Below are positions 24,651 through 36,490 of a DNA stretch of 64,000 nucleotides, piece after piece; position 1 is the first letter of the stretch; every line of letters begins with the position of its first letter. The position numbers and the translations under genes were made by a program. A model generated the notes under the pieces. It saw nothing but the letters and a program-made list of their open reading frames with translations. It had not been told where the DNA came from and searched no databases. The DNA lies in the NCBI RefSeq assembly GCF_036321535.1, contig NC_087436.1:106518001-106582000 (forward strand), read 5' to 3'. This DNA is from Camelus dromedarius. Taxonomy: Eukaryota.

Positions 24651-25864
24651 AAACATGGTAACCTCGGGGGGGACCTGGCTTCTAGTAATTTCCATGTGAA
24701 GAAACTAAAGCCAAATATATGTGTAGACATAATCTTTGTGAGAAATCCCGTGTCCAAGTGCCTCAGTTTAGAGATTAGTCTAAGGGGCAATGCTTTGTGG
24801 GCATATGAAAAAAATCGATTTGTGTTGGAAAACACCATCCTAGATAAAATCTTTGCTGAGGCGTAGTTGTTATGGTTGTTAAATATTGGGATGCTTTCTC
24901 AGAGCTTGGTAAGTCGCTGTCTCCCACATCCCGAGTCTAAAGCCTCAGATCCAGCTACCAAAAGATTAATGCTTGACATGGTATGAGGACTTTCCAGGAT
25001 CCTCCTCCAGTCCTGTTGCCAACGTTCAATTTGATTCCTTATTGCCCTGTTAGATCTTTAGTATATTACCTCTGGCTTATACCCAGTTAGGGCAGGATGG
25101 AAATATATTCACTGGTGTAGGGGGTCCTGGGACCATGCCAAACATTTTCCAAGGAAATGACACATTAGGAGAATGCTAATCAAAGCCTTTAAAAGGTCAA
25201 TACTAAGTTGAAAGGGCAACAGAGAAGGATGTAATAAAAATAAAAAGAAGATCATAAATAGGTTGGTTTGAGACAAAGAATGACTTGGTTGAAGGTAGGT
25301 TCAGGAGATAATTTTGTTAATGTAGCCCAGTTGCTGTGTGTCCTGGCATGGTGCACTGCCCAGGGGCATGTCCTTAAAGCCACTGACCCATCCTGGATAC
25401 AAGCCAAACACAAAGGGTCAGGAGCAGAAGCCCAATTAATCAGGTACCACCGGTGTAGGCAGTCAAGGGACCAAAGACCAAAAGGTCAGCTAATACAAGA
25501 GGGAACAAGAAGATGTCATAGATCTCAGAACATAGACAGGGTTCAGAGTCTAAGAGGTTAGGAATTTGGCAGAGACAACTCTAGTAATAAGGGTTGAACT
25601 TGGGTTCTAGGGCACAAAGTGCCCCGTTGTTCTCTGCGACTACCTGCTGAATGTGGATGAGTTGGGACCACAGCTGCTGGGCATTGACAGGACCTCTCAA
25701 AGGCTTTTTGTAATTAAGAGCAGGACAGAAATGTCGGTGAGAACTTATCTAGACTCGACTACTGAATTGTCTTTTTTAGCTTTTTAATTTGTATCCATGT
25801 AGTTATTTGTCATATTTCTTGAGAACATAACATTACATCTATTAATACTAGTACACTTTGGAGG

Positions 25865-25980
25865 AGTGCTTGTAAGATGCCAGGCACAGTGCATTTATTA
25901 CATGTAATAAATATGTCATTTACCCTTCATGACAATGATATGAGGTTGATCTTTTTATCATCTCCACTTTATAGAGGGCA
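25865..25980 (-). mobile_element. MIR fragment
   Basis: atgccaggcacagtgc...tcatttacccttcatgacaatgatatgagg...ccactttataga. Confidence 0.6.
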
Positions 25981-26034
25981 TAAAAGAGACTCAATTCACT
26001 TTCTTTACCAAGCTCTCCACCAGGCTTATCCTCA

Positions 26035-26790
26035 CACATTCATTCACCCATCCATCTATCCAGTCAACCAACCATTCATTCATTCCGCAAACTGATATGC
26101 AAGTTGTGCTAGGTGTTGGGCATACGATGATGAACAAAACTGAGAAGCTCACTTCTTGGGAAGTTTACAATATTGCGGGAGAATCAGCTAGTTACACGTC
26201 ACCTGTGATCAAGTGTGACAGGTAAAACGATAAGATGCCAGATACAGTGTGAACGCAGAGAAGGGGCACTTGCTGTTGTTTAGGAAGGGGCAGAAAAACT
26301 TTGCTGAAAGATATTTAAAGTGAAAAACCAATGGACGCTAAGAGTTCAGTAAGCAGGAATCAAATTATGTTCAAGAACAGGGAAAGGATTCATTTCCTAA
26401 TTTGAACAGAAAGTGGGAAGGACGAGAGGATGAGAGAACAGGCAAAAAAAGGAAGGCAGGATGCCAGGCTACAAAGGGCATTTTAAAGGGCTTGGATTTT
26501 TCTTAATGACCCTGGGAAACCTTTGATGAGTGTTTTAAGTAGGGGAGTGACATGATTCATTCATTTTGCATTCTAGAAGCATCACTCTGGCTGTAGTGTG
26601 GAGGATGGACTGGATGGAGCAAGGCTGTGGGCAGAGTCATTTGGGATGAAGTCAGCTACGGTCTCTGGGTGAGAGAGCAGTGACCTGAACTGTGGCAGTG
26701 GCCACTGGGATAGAGGAAGGTGAATGGGATGGACAGATGTCTATCTAAAAAGGTGAGCTAGACAGAACTTGCCGTGGGTCTTCTACATGG
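26035..26790 (-). mobile_element. L2 fragment
   Basis: cattcattcatt tail, then tttaagtaggggagtgacatgat...agcatcactctggctgtagtgtggaggatggactgga. Confidence 0.75.
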
Positions 26791-27869
26791 AATGTGTGAT
26801 ACAATGGATACACTGTTCTTCCTCTGGGGTAAATATGACATAAGATTTCACGCCGTATTTTTAACATCTAATTGAGTGACTGAGAGCTTATGGGAGCCCT
26901 ACTCCAACAAAATGTATATTTACATAGTTAGTAAATAGGAGAGGGGAACCTCTCATTTTTATGAAATAAGCCCCGTATTTATGGCAAAGGATGGGTTGTA
27001 TTAGAACATGAGGATGCTTGGTGTGCACTTGGATTCCTTTCTGCAATTATGAAGCCAAGCAGAAGCTCTACTGTGAGGCATTGGAATATGGGGCTCAGTG
27101 GGGAAATTTGGGGGCGTTCTTCCTGACAGCAGTTGTTTATTTTGAAAGAGTAGAAAACATTCTGTCTCACCACACTGGGATCCGACTCTCCCTTTCGAGT
27201 TACTTTTTTTTTTTTTTTTTTTAATGAAGAAGGACTTGAAGCCAGATTCTAAGAAAACAAAATGACAGCAGCAACTTGGAAGAATCTGGACTCGGCCTGG
27301 ATACCCGTGCTAGAGAAACTTCATTTTTCATCCATTTCATAACTGGGAAGTACATGAATAGAAGCCCCTTTTTGATTTTCTCTTGCTTCCTTATTGAATT
27401 TAACTTTTGTCCAATTGAATAGACTCATATTTTCCTGCCAGCCAGCACAGCAGCTATTCAGCAGCCCACTGAGAGCAGTTTTTTCTTGCCTGTGGAATGT
27501 ACCTTTACTGTTGTTGTTTCAGGCTGTGTTCTGTAACTTACTCTTGTTTCTGCGGTGTGGCTGGCCAAGGCCTAATCATCAATCTGTCATCATTTCTGAG
27601 CTTCAGCCCTTCACGCCTTGTCTTGTAAAGCTTTGCCTCACACGTTTAAACTGGCGTCCAGATGAAAATGCAGGAGATCTTCAGTTACAGGAGCTCCTTC
27701 TTGCTCTCACTCCGTAGTTTTCTCATCACTTCCCGGGAAGGGAAGCAGGATGTTCGAGGTCCTTTGATGCACAGCAGCTGCTTTTTTTAATCCGTGGTCA
27801 CAGAGCACTGTCTTAAAGCCTGGGGGAGCTGACAGAGTTCCGGCCATACCACCGTCATCTCCTGCCCAG

Positions 27870-28440
27870 ATGGTTGGAATAGACTGTTTTCTGACTCTCC
27901 GCCTTCACTCTTGCTCTCCTCCAAGCCTATCACTTTCCTGCAGCCAGTGCAATTTTCTTAAACATAACGTGATCTTTTCTGTCCTGTCTTTAAGCCCTGA
28001 GAACTATTAGAGCCTTTCACAACCTTACGTTCCATCTCTTGGGTTACTATGGTCCACCCAGACCGATCTTTAAATTCTGCAGGTTGGCCGTGTTTTCCCT
28101 CTCTCCCAGGACATTCACATGAAATTATCACTGCCTGGAATAGTTATCTCATCCTCCTGTTTACCCTGCAGGTCTCAGCTCAGTCCTCGTTGGCTCTGGA
28201 AACTTGCTCTGTGAATCCAGGCTGCATGCCCTTCTATCCCCCTTTCTCCTAGTTCTCTTTATTTCCCTTGTCATGTTGCTTAACGATTATCTTTGTTAGT
28301 TGCCTGCGATCATCTCTATCTTCCTGCACAGACTTCACGCCCCTTGAAAGTAAGGACTGTGTTTTTCATCTTTAAAGCCCCAGTGCCTGCCATAGGGGCT
28401 ACTCTATAGTAAGAGCTTGGTAATGTTTGTTGATTGCTTA
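27870..28440 (+). mobile_element. L2 fragment
   Basis: cccttgaaagtaaggactgtgtttttcatctttaaagccccagtgcctgccatagg...aatgtttgttga. Confidence 0.65.
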
Positions 28441-28534
28441 GGGTTGTAGGAAAGTCATATTTCCATTTACACAAAAGAAATCTTTCTCATTAATCAATGG
28501 AAGTGCCTAATATTAATTAATCTGTGCTCACTCG

Positions 28535-29250
28535 AAGGCCATTCAATAAGCATTTTTAGCATCTATGAATATGCCAGGGACTATGTTGAATGCTGAGGAT
28601 ATGAGGACGGCTGAAATATTTTTCTGCTTCTCAAGGCATCCCAAGTTTGATTAGGGAAATAGACAAGTGAACAGGTAGACATGATGTGATATATACTCCA
28701 ACAAACCTGTGCACACATTGCCCTGGACTGTAGAAAAGCTAGTATTTCGGTCTACCTGAGCATCTCAACATACACCACTTACACTGAGTCTTAATAAATT
28801 TGTGAGTAGACTCATTGACTCGCAGATGGCAGACAAGAGGAAAGAAGCAAATCTTTGGAGGAGGAAGTAACACTTGCGAAGGATCAAAAGTTGGGGAGAA
28901 TGCTGGAATATTCAGTGAGCTGACTGGTCAGTGGAGTCTCCAATGATGGGAGCATAGTGAACCTGTAGGGTAGTGAGAAGCTGAGTCATTATGTCTTTTG
29001 ATGCAGTTTAACACCTTGGGGGCTATTAACTGATTTTAAGTATGAGAGAGAGATGCCCAGAGTGACACTTTAGAAAGATCACTCTAGCAGCAGTGTGGAA
29101 GATGGATTGGAGGAAGATAATACTAGAGGCCAAGGAGACCTGTTTGGAACACTTCTAAGTTGTGGTAGTGAAAAATATGATGGGCCGCCATATGTTAGTT
29201 TTTAGCCGTATATCTGAAGAGGAAGTGAAAAGGTTATGAGTGACTTAGGA
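28535..29250 (-). mobile_element. L2 fragment
   Basis: cattcaataagcatttttagcatct...tttagaaagatcactctagcagcagtgtggaagatggattgga. Confidence 0.7.
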
Positions 29251-29269
29251 GGCAGACCCGTATTGCCGT

Positions 29270-29570
29270 GCCTTGAAAGAAGCTGTTCCTTCTCGGATTA
29301 TTCTCTCCTTTTCTTAGCTAATTCCTATTTATCCTTTACCATTCAATTCAAGGGTGGCCTCTGGCAAATTTTCTCTGACTCTCCCATTCCATTCTGATTA
29401 AGATAGCCCTATCTTTGAGGCCACACTGAATATAGTGTGCAGCCTCTGCAAGTGTAAATGACAGTGTAAGCTGTTAGAGAGCAAAGGAGCAAAGGCAGTG
29501 TCCAATTCAACCTGGCAAAAGGCTAGCAGAGTGTGAGAAGCACGCTATGCACTCAGTAAGTATTGCCCAG
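29270..29570 (+). mobile_element. L2 3' fragment
   Basis: tagctaattcctatttatcc...tgtaagctgttagagagcaaagg...gcactcagtaagtattg. Confidence 0.5.
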
Positions 29571-29594
29571 ATGGGAACTTTAGAAAAAAAAGAG

Positions 29595-30350
29595 TAACTT
29601 AGTGTGACTCTCAGGTTTCTTCTTGGGCGACAGGGACGTGGTGGGGATAATCACGGAGATAGGGTAAGAGAGGGAGAAATAAATCTGGGGAATAATCTGG
29701 GGAGAGTGACAGCAATTACATTTGCTTGAGATGGGTTGAATTCAAGTGGCTTATGAAAGGAATGCCTGAAAGGTTTTTTTTTAGGAGAACTAGTACGATC
29801 TAGTGTGAGGTCAAGTGTTGTGATTCATTGATTTATAGGTGGCTGGTTGTTGAAAATATCACACAGTTTCATCATCTAGGAGCACTGTGGATTTTCAGAA
29901 CCAATTCATTGTAATTAGGCCATATGCAAAGTTCTTCATCACTTGTGAAAAGCAACTTTAACGGCGTCTGGGGATGCTGCAGAGTTTACAGGGACCTGAG
30001 AAGTGGGACCATTGGAGGCAGTGAGCATAACGTAGTCTTCTCAGAAGTGTGGTTGTGAAAACAGAACAACGGTTGGGGTAGAGTGTGGGAAGGAGTGAGG
30101 AATGAACTACGCAATCAAGGAAGCTTTCTTTCTTTTTTTGAGTTAAAAACCATAATGAAATCTTGAGAATAAATTTAAGAGGGAGGCATTCGTAATATAG
30201 GTGGAGGAGATGTGTGCAAGAACAAGGTCTAGGGTAGAGTGGGGCCAAGAACTCAAAACAAAGGATTCCATCGGCTGGAAGAAAGTCCCATCTCTCTCTG
30301 AGACTAGAGGGAAGAAAGAATGTGTACGTGTGTAAGTTTAAATTAAGTGA
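29595..30350 (-). mobile_element. L2 fragment (highly degenerate)
   Basis: gtgactctcaggtttct..., gtagtcttctcagaagtgtggttgtgaaa. Confidence 0.4.
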
Positions 30351-30974
30351 GGAGGACTCGTTCGCACCTAATTTCTTCTGTTTCTCTGGGAAGAGGTACA
30401 GGACCATCTGCAGAGACTGATGGATGTACAGGTGATAAAGAACATTTGTGGACTGGTTTCTGCGGGAATTAAGCGCACAACTACAGAGACTGACGAGAAA
30501 TTACTGTGTAGCTGAGCAGACCTTGCTAAAATGGATGAAAGAATGTCTTTAGTGTAATACTTCGCACAGTTGTGTGATCTAGCCAACATCATCCAATAGC
30601 TTGTGTCCATCTAAGATAAAGGAAGATAATCATTAGTGATTCAAGTTGGCAGTAACAGGGTACACACATGAGTTTCTAACCTGGGATCCATGATTCATGG
30701 TCCAAATGCAACTTCAGGAGTCAGCATCTTGTGTACTCCTAAAAGGCTATGCAAAAGTTTGTAGATAAACAGATTTTTATAAAGAGAGAGTGGACAGTTT
30801 TTATATAACTTTCAAAGTGACTTGTGATCAAAATTTTAAGAATGAAAGATTGAGGGAGAAGTATAATAGTTGTGAATAAATGATCCTCAAAAGGTAATGA
30901 AAAATGAGACTGTAATAATTCTTTTGGGTTACAATGTTTGTAAAGCAATTACTTACATTTTGAAAAAAGAATAA

Positions 30975-31858
30975 TTTGAAAAACTACTAATATCTGGGAT
31001 AAATAAAGGACTCTCAAAAATAAGGAAACAGCCCAATGAAAAAAGAGGCAAAACATTTGATCCTACAGTTCAGTTGAAAAGATATGTACATGACAAACAC
31101 ATGAAAAGATGTTTAAAAGCATCAATTATTAGGGAAATGCAAATCAGAACTACAAAGAAATACTACTGCACAATTATTAGAATGGCTTATTTTTTTTTTT
31201 GATGGCAATACCAAATGTCAGCGATGATGTGGAGAAACTAGAATTGCAGTATTTTGCTGGTGCAAGTTCAAAATAGTATAGCCTTTTATAAAACAGTTTG
31301 ATAATTTCTTATGAATTTAAATCTATAATTACCATACAACCCATGAATATATTCTTTGGTATTTACCAAAGAGAAATACCAATAGATGCAGTGGCTTTAT
31401 TCACAAATGTCAAAACTTGAAACGACTCAAATATCCACCAGCTGGTGAACGGTTAAACAAATTGTGATGTACCATACAATGAAACACTGTAATAAGTATT
31501 TTATTCAGCAATAAAAAAAGGAATGAAGTACTAAAACATTGAACAGAAATGATAACTCTCAAAAGCATTATGCTAATTGAAAGAAGCCAGACTCAAAAGG
31601 CTACAATTCTGTATATTTCCCCTTATATAACATTCTGGAAAAGGCAGAACTAGAAGGACACACATTAGATCAGAGGCTGCCAGGGGCTGGAAGTAAGGAG
31701 AGAAGATTTTCTACAAAGGGACACAAGGGAACATTTTGGGGTGACAGAAATATTCTACATCTGGATTTTTGTGTGGTTACTTGGCTATGTAAGTTTATCA
31801 AAATGCATAGAACTGTCACCTTAAAAGAATTTTATTGTATGTAAATTACACCTCAATA
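30975..31858 (+). mobile_element. Old L1 (L1MB/MC-like) ORF2 3' part and 3' UTR
   Basis: gggaaatgcaaatcagaactaca...gcattatgctaattgaaagaagccagactcaaaaggctac...attttattgtatgtaaattacacctcaata. Confidence 0.85.
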
Positions 31859-33649
31859 CGTGTAGGAAAAATTGAGCATAAAGCTCTTGAAGAAGCTCAG
31901 TGGCACAGGTGTATACATGGGTTTGGACTGTCTGCTCCTCAGCATCACTTTTCACATAGCGTTTATTCCCTTTGATCCAGCCACTTCCTCAATTATGGAT
32001 GCAAAGCACAGAATCCTCCAAGGTTTTTACTAAAAAGAGGTCTGGAAGGAGACCTCCAGGTGGTAAGAGTGGGAGAAAGCATCCTACTGGCAAAACGAAA
32101 ATCAATGGAAAACATCTGGGCCACTCCCTTTCCAGTGTTTTTACCAACTTATTTTCTAGTAAAACTTTACGTGGTATTAATAATGGACTCCATTGTCTTA
32201 TAGCATTATACTCAGAGGCAACTTTTGCCCCAGGGAGGTGTAATCAAATTCATCATTACCATTCCTATTTCACCTTGGAGAACAATAATGAAGATGAATT
32301 TATTAGATCTTTGTACAACAAACAGTGCATGTCTTTCTTGGAATGCATGCCAAGGAGGGGCGTTTGCTTAAAAATAATGAGAGAAGAGCTTTTGTTTCTT
32401 GAGGTCCAAGCATAGATGAAACACAGCATTGTATGAGGCTTTGCTCAGTGGAGTCACACTGTGAAGGACCTGGACACATGGGAGAGGAATGAATATGGAT
32501 GATGAGCAAGAGGAGGTGAATTTGTGAATGGAAGCATGCTAAGAGTAAAATGATAGAAACCTCTCATTATTGAATCTTTCACAATACCAAGTACATGTAC
32601 GAAGTGTTCCGTGTATCTCCAGGAGTTGCATGAGAGTGAAGTTGAATTGAGCAGCTTCCAGAGGAGAGGACAAGTTCTGAGTCATTGCCATTGGAAGAGT
32701 ATGTTTTGCTTATCATGGAAACTCAAGAACCCACCCCAAGCATGTCTCTAGCCCCAAAACGTGATTCAAACAATTATCTTCTAAAAATGTTGTCTCTTCA
32801 AGTATCATTGATGAGGGTGATGGTGAAGTGCCTCATAGACCAAAATGCATCTTCTTACCCTCAAATGTCTCGTATTTATGACAAATGCTTCAAGAGCAGT
32901 ATCTCTTTAACAGCTGATATACTCTGTGAAGGGTTCTTACATAAATTCACCAGCAGGGAGGTTGTAGTTAGTTTCCCTGAAACTATACATATAATAATTT
33001 AACAGTAACACCCGCAGAAGCTACAGCCACTGTTAAAGAGGGTGTGACTCCTTCCAGCATAGTTCTTGATGCAAAAGTTACTCTTTCCTTAACAGAAAGA
33101 GAATGAGATGCTCTTCCACCACTGCTCTGTGAAATTATAGAACCAGAGTGTGGAGGCGAGAGGAGAGGAGAAGGGAAGGAGGAAGAGGACGGAAAGGGAG
33201 GAGGAGGGAGACCATAGGGAGAGAGGTGGAAATAAAGCCATTACCTGGGTAAAAGTAATACCTGGTCAGAACTTTTTCAAATACATTGGAGGCAGAACAA
33301 ACTTTAGAAACACCATAGATAAAGAAATAAGTAGTCCAAATAAAACCTAATGACTAAAACTTGAAAGGACTGCAGACTGACTCCAAAAAATCAACTTGAA
33401 TAGAAAAATAGTCTGAGTATTCGAACAGAGGCAGCCCAGGTCTCAGCACTGAGGTCCAGAGGAGCACAGCCACACCCAGCAGAACACAAGCCTCTACTGG
33501 ACTGAGCCACAGCCAGCTACAGGTTTTCATCAATTTCTTGGGAAGGAAAATTTGGAAATTAAAATGAGAATTCCATTTTGGATGCAATTTGAGTTTGCCA
33601 AATGTAATTTGTTGATATTATACATGTAGTTAAACAAGCTGGAGTTTCT

Positions 33650-34135
33650 GTTCCATCAGAGTCCTGGCAAATAAGTGACAGCATATTCAAATCAAGTGAT
33701 TTGAAGACTGTTTAATAAAGAAAGTGCTTTCAAAGATACAGGGAAACCACAAAGAATAAGGAGCATTTACCAGGGACTATTAAAGTGTGGGTCTTATAGG
33801 GGCACCATGACCATTTCTAGGCATAAACAGGCAGGGAAATAGAATAGTTGCTGGAACTCAAAAGAAAGAAATATGAAATGAGGGACACTGGATAGGCCCT
33901 CTGATCATCTGATGAGAATGTAGGAGTAAAGAAAATAGCGTGACTCTTTCTCTTCTTTGTATCTGGGTTCTTGCCAGTGCTCCCCGTTGGGTGACCTCCA
34001 CAGGAACCCAGAGAGATGAGAATCCATCAATGCAACACCTGCAGATCAGCCTCCCGAGGCAAAGAGCAGGGTGCAGAGCCAGGCCGGGAAGAGCAGTGAA
34101 CACATCTGGAGAGACAAAAAGATAACCAGCTGCAC
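33650..34135 (-). mobile_element. ERVL LTR (LTR16-like), the 3' LTR of the adjacent relic
   Basis: gccagtgctccccgttggg...gatcagcctcccgaggcaaagagcagggtg resembles the LTR16 family and lies next to ERVL coding remnants in the expected order. Confidence 0.55.
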
Positions 34136-34349
34136 AGTCAATGCCTCTGGCCTCCCGGCAACTATTCTTGTCCTTCATCCATTAAAAAACGTATGGCCCA
34201 AACACAGGAGATGGATAAAGTTGCTACTGTATTATTGTAGGGGTGATGTTGGTTTGTTCATTCTTCTACTTGAAACTGAAAACATTAGCCACTGGTTATC
34301 AGATAAAGTAGCAGAGAAAGAGAAAGTAAGTAATCATCACGTTCAGCTG

Positions 34350-34715
34350 CTTCAGTCCTGCTTCAGTAGCTGGTCCTGAGGTCCAGTTTGGCAATCATCA
34401 CTCACATCTCCTGCCTCACATTTCAGGATCCTCATGCCTTCGGGCAGCACCTTGGCTGGATGGGTGGTGACCTGGACCTTCAATCCTGTAGTTTTGCATC
34501 CTTAGGGATCTTACCTTTTAGGGAGAATGTGAGGAAGGGGTTGATTCAGTTTTCCATTCATTATTACTATTGGGAAAGTGAGGAGTAAGAAATATTCCAG
34601 GTGACATCCTATGTTCCACACATGGTCCTCCTTGTAATCTTTGATCGCAACAATCCAGTGACTCAGGATTAACCATCCCTGCAGGTACAATGACCCTCCT
34701 CTGCCTGTTAGAGCA
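34350..34715 (-). pseudogene. Decayed ERVL dUTPase/pol C-terminal remnant
   Basis: Minus-strand translation across frameshifts gives VIVPAGMVNPE, KEDHVWNIGCHLEYFLLLTFPIVIMNGKLNQP and LKVQVTTHPAKVLPEG...PQDQLLKQD*. These are colinear with the recalled ERVL motifs VTVLAGVIDPD, KEEYVWNTG..L..LLVLPCPVIKVNGKLQQP and MKVWVT..PAEVLAEG..PRDQLQKRG. Confidence 0.8.
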
Positions 34716-34940
34716 GCTGCAAAAGGAACATGGAATGACTGAAGGGGAACAGTCAGCTTTTATTTCAAGAGAATCACGATCAAAACCTTGTTTCAAGTGT
34801 TTTTCTTTTGGCATTAGGATCCGTGAATCCATTAAGCTTTTGTACAGTCAAACCAGTGAACATCGTGAATTTAGACTCTTGTTGGATTGTCCTTGGCTTA
34901 AAAAGTGTCGTCTGGTTGAAGGCTGTGTTCTGAAGGGTGC

Positions 34941-35379
34941 GGTATTAGCTTCTTAGCAATGCTGTAACAAAGAAGCACAGACTGAATAAACAACAGGGAT
35001 TAACTGTCTCACAGTTTTGGAGGCTAGAAGTTCAAGACTGAGTTGCCAGCAGGGCCAGATTCCCTGTGAAAACTCCAGGATAGGATCTATTCTGGGCCTC
35101 TCTTCTAGCTTCTGGGGGTTTCCTGGCTTGTGGCAGTGTAACTCCAGTCTCCACATGGCACTCTTCATGTGTGTGTCCAGCTCTGTGTTCAAATTTCCCC
35201 TTTTTATAAGGACACCGGTCATATTGCCTTAAAGGCCCAGCTTACTCTACTATGACCGCATTTGACCTATGTAATTATATATGTGACGGCTCTATTTCCA
35301 AATAAGGTCAAATTTTGAGGCACTGAAGGTTGAGATTTCAACATATAAATTTCGGAGGGACTGGATTCAACCCATAACA
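34941..35379 (-). mobile_element. MaLR solo LTR (MLT1B/C-like)
   Basis: gctgtaacaaag...ctcacagttttggaggctagaagttcaag...tatttccaaataaggtca...attcaacccataaca. Confidence 0.88.
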
Positions 35380-36169
35380 GGAACCATGGACACTAATATG
35401 TTTGTTTTCCCTCCCACACCAGGTAGACAACAGAGTGTAGCACCTGAAGTTGTGCCTGCTGCCAGGACCACTGTCTTTTGGGAAGCTGGAAGGTTTCCAT
35501 CACAGCTCCAACTCCGTGAGCTTAGGACATTTTAAATGACTGCTTACATTACCTTTATACAATCTTGAATTAAAGAATCCTGCCAGATACTTATGTATAA
35601 ACACCACAATCAAACGGGCCACCAGAGCAGATAAGTAGCCCACTATTGAATACACGGCTTGTAAGAAGTCTTCTTTCTGTCTGTGCATGTTCTGTGTTCC
35701 ATGTTTCTAGTGAAAGCTGGAAATCCTGCTGAAACAGCTCTGCGTGGATGAAGATAGACTCCAATGAAAGGAAAATTTGCTTTTGATTAGATTCCGCCTT
35801 TCTGTATTAGCACTGGTATTTTTTTTCCTCATTGGAGGTAATTCTAGGAATAGGTCTTTAAAACCTTTATTCTTATACGGTTGGTTCTATAATCATGTTT
35901 CACTGTAAATATTTTTTGCTAAGACCAGCATATGTGCACACACATACCTACGTACACACGTACACACACAAAATGTAAACAGCCATTTGCATTATATATG
36001 ATTTCAAAGGCAATAAAAGACCTCTTTTTGCCACAAAGTCAATCTCCCTTTAGCCCACTTTGAGTTCCAGAATTGTCACTCTGTACCAGGCAAAAATCCT
36101 TCCTGTTATAATATTCTATTTAAAAGTCCTTTGTTCTAACATATTTTTTTTTGGAATAAGATGCTCTGG

Positions 36170-36310
36170 CACAGTGAAAAGATGACAGGTTTGGGGATAG
36201 GAAAATAGAGACAATACCCCAGTTCCTACCCTAATTGTGCATGTAGACATGACAAATTATATCTTTTTGATCCTCTGTTACCTCATATGAAAGGTCAAGA
36301 TATTGGATAA
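36170..36310 (+). mobile_element. MIR fragment
   Basis: gacatgacaaattatatctttttgatcctctgttacctcatatgaaa. Confidence 0.45.
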
Positions 36311-36313
36311 AAT

Positions 36314-36490
36314 TAGGGTTTCAAAAATTTGACTGATCAAAATCATTACATAGAGGGCTTGTTAATTGACAGTTTTCCAGACTCCATTCCGAACTCATCA
36401 CAATGAACTCTCTGGATTTTTTAATACTCACCCAAACCCCTGCACCCCACCTTAGTTTCTTATGAACTGACAGCTTGGGGAAATGCTATA
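36314..36490. mobile_element. hAT-Charlie MITE (MER5A-like)
   Basis: gtttcaaaaattt...aatcattacatagagggcttgttaa...cagcttggggaaatgct. Confidence 0.45.

Noticed and set aside
25300..25620. Possible ancient Gypsy-type LTR fragment
   Set aside because: The resemblance is too vague to support without a profile search.
29958..30610. Longest ORF (149 aa) and the overlapping 80-aa ORF
   Set aside because: They lie largely in degenerate L2-like sequence with no recognisable domain.
31972..32415. 147-aa ORF with a basic stretch resembling an NLS
   Set aside because: It starts at TTG, has no recognisable homology and has no promoter or splice context.
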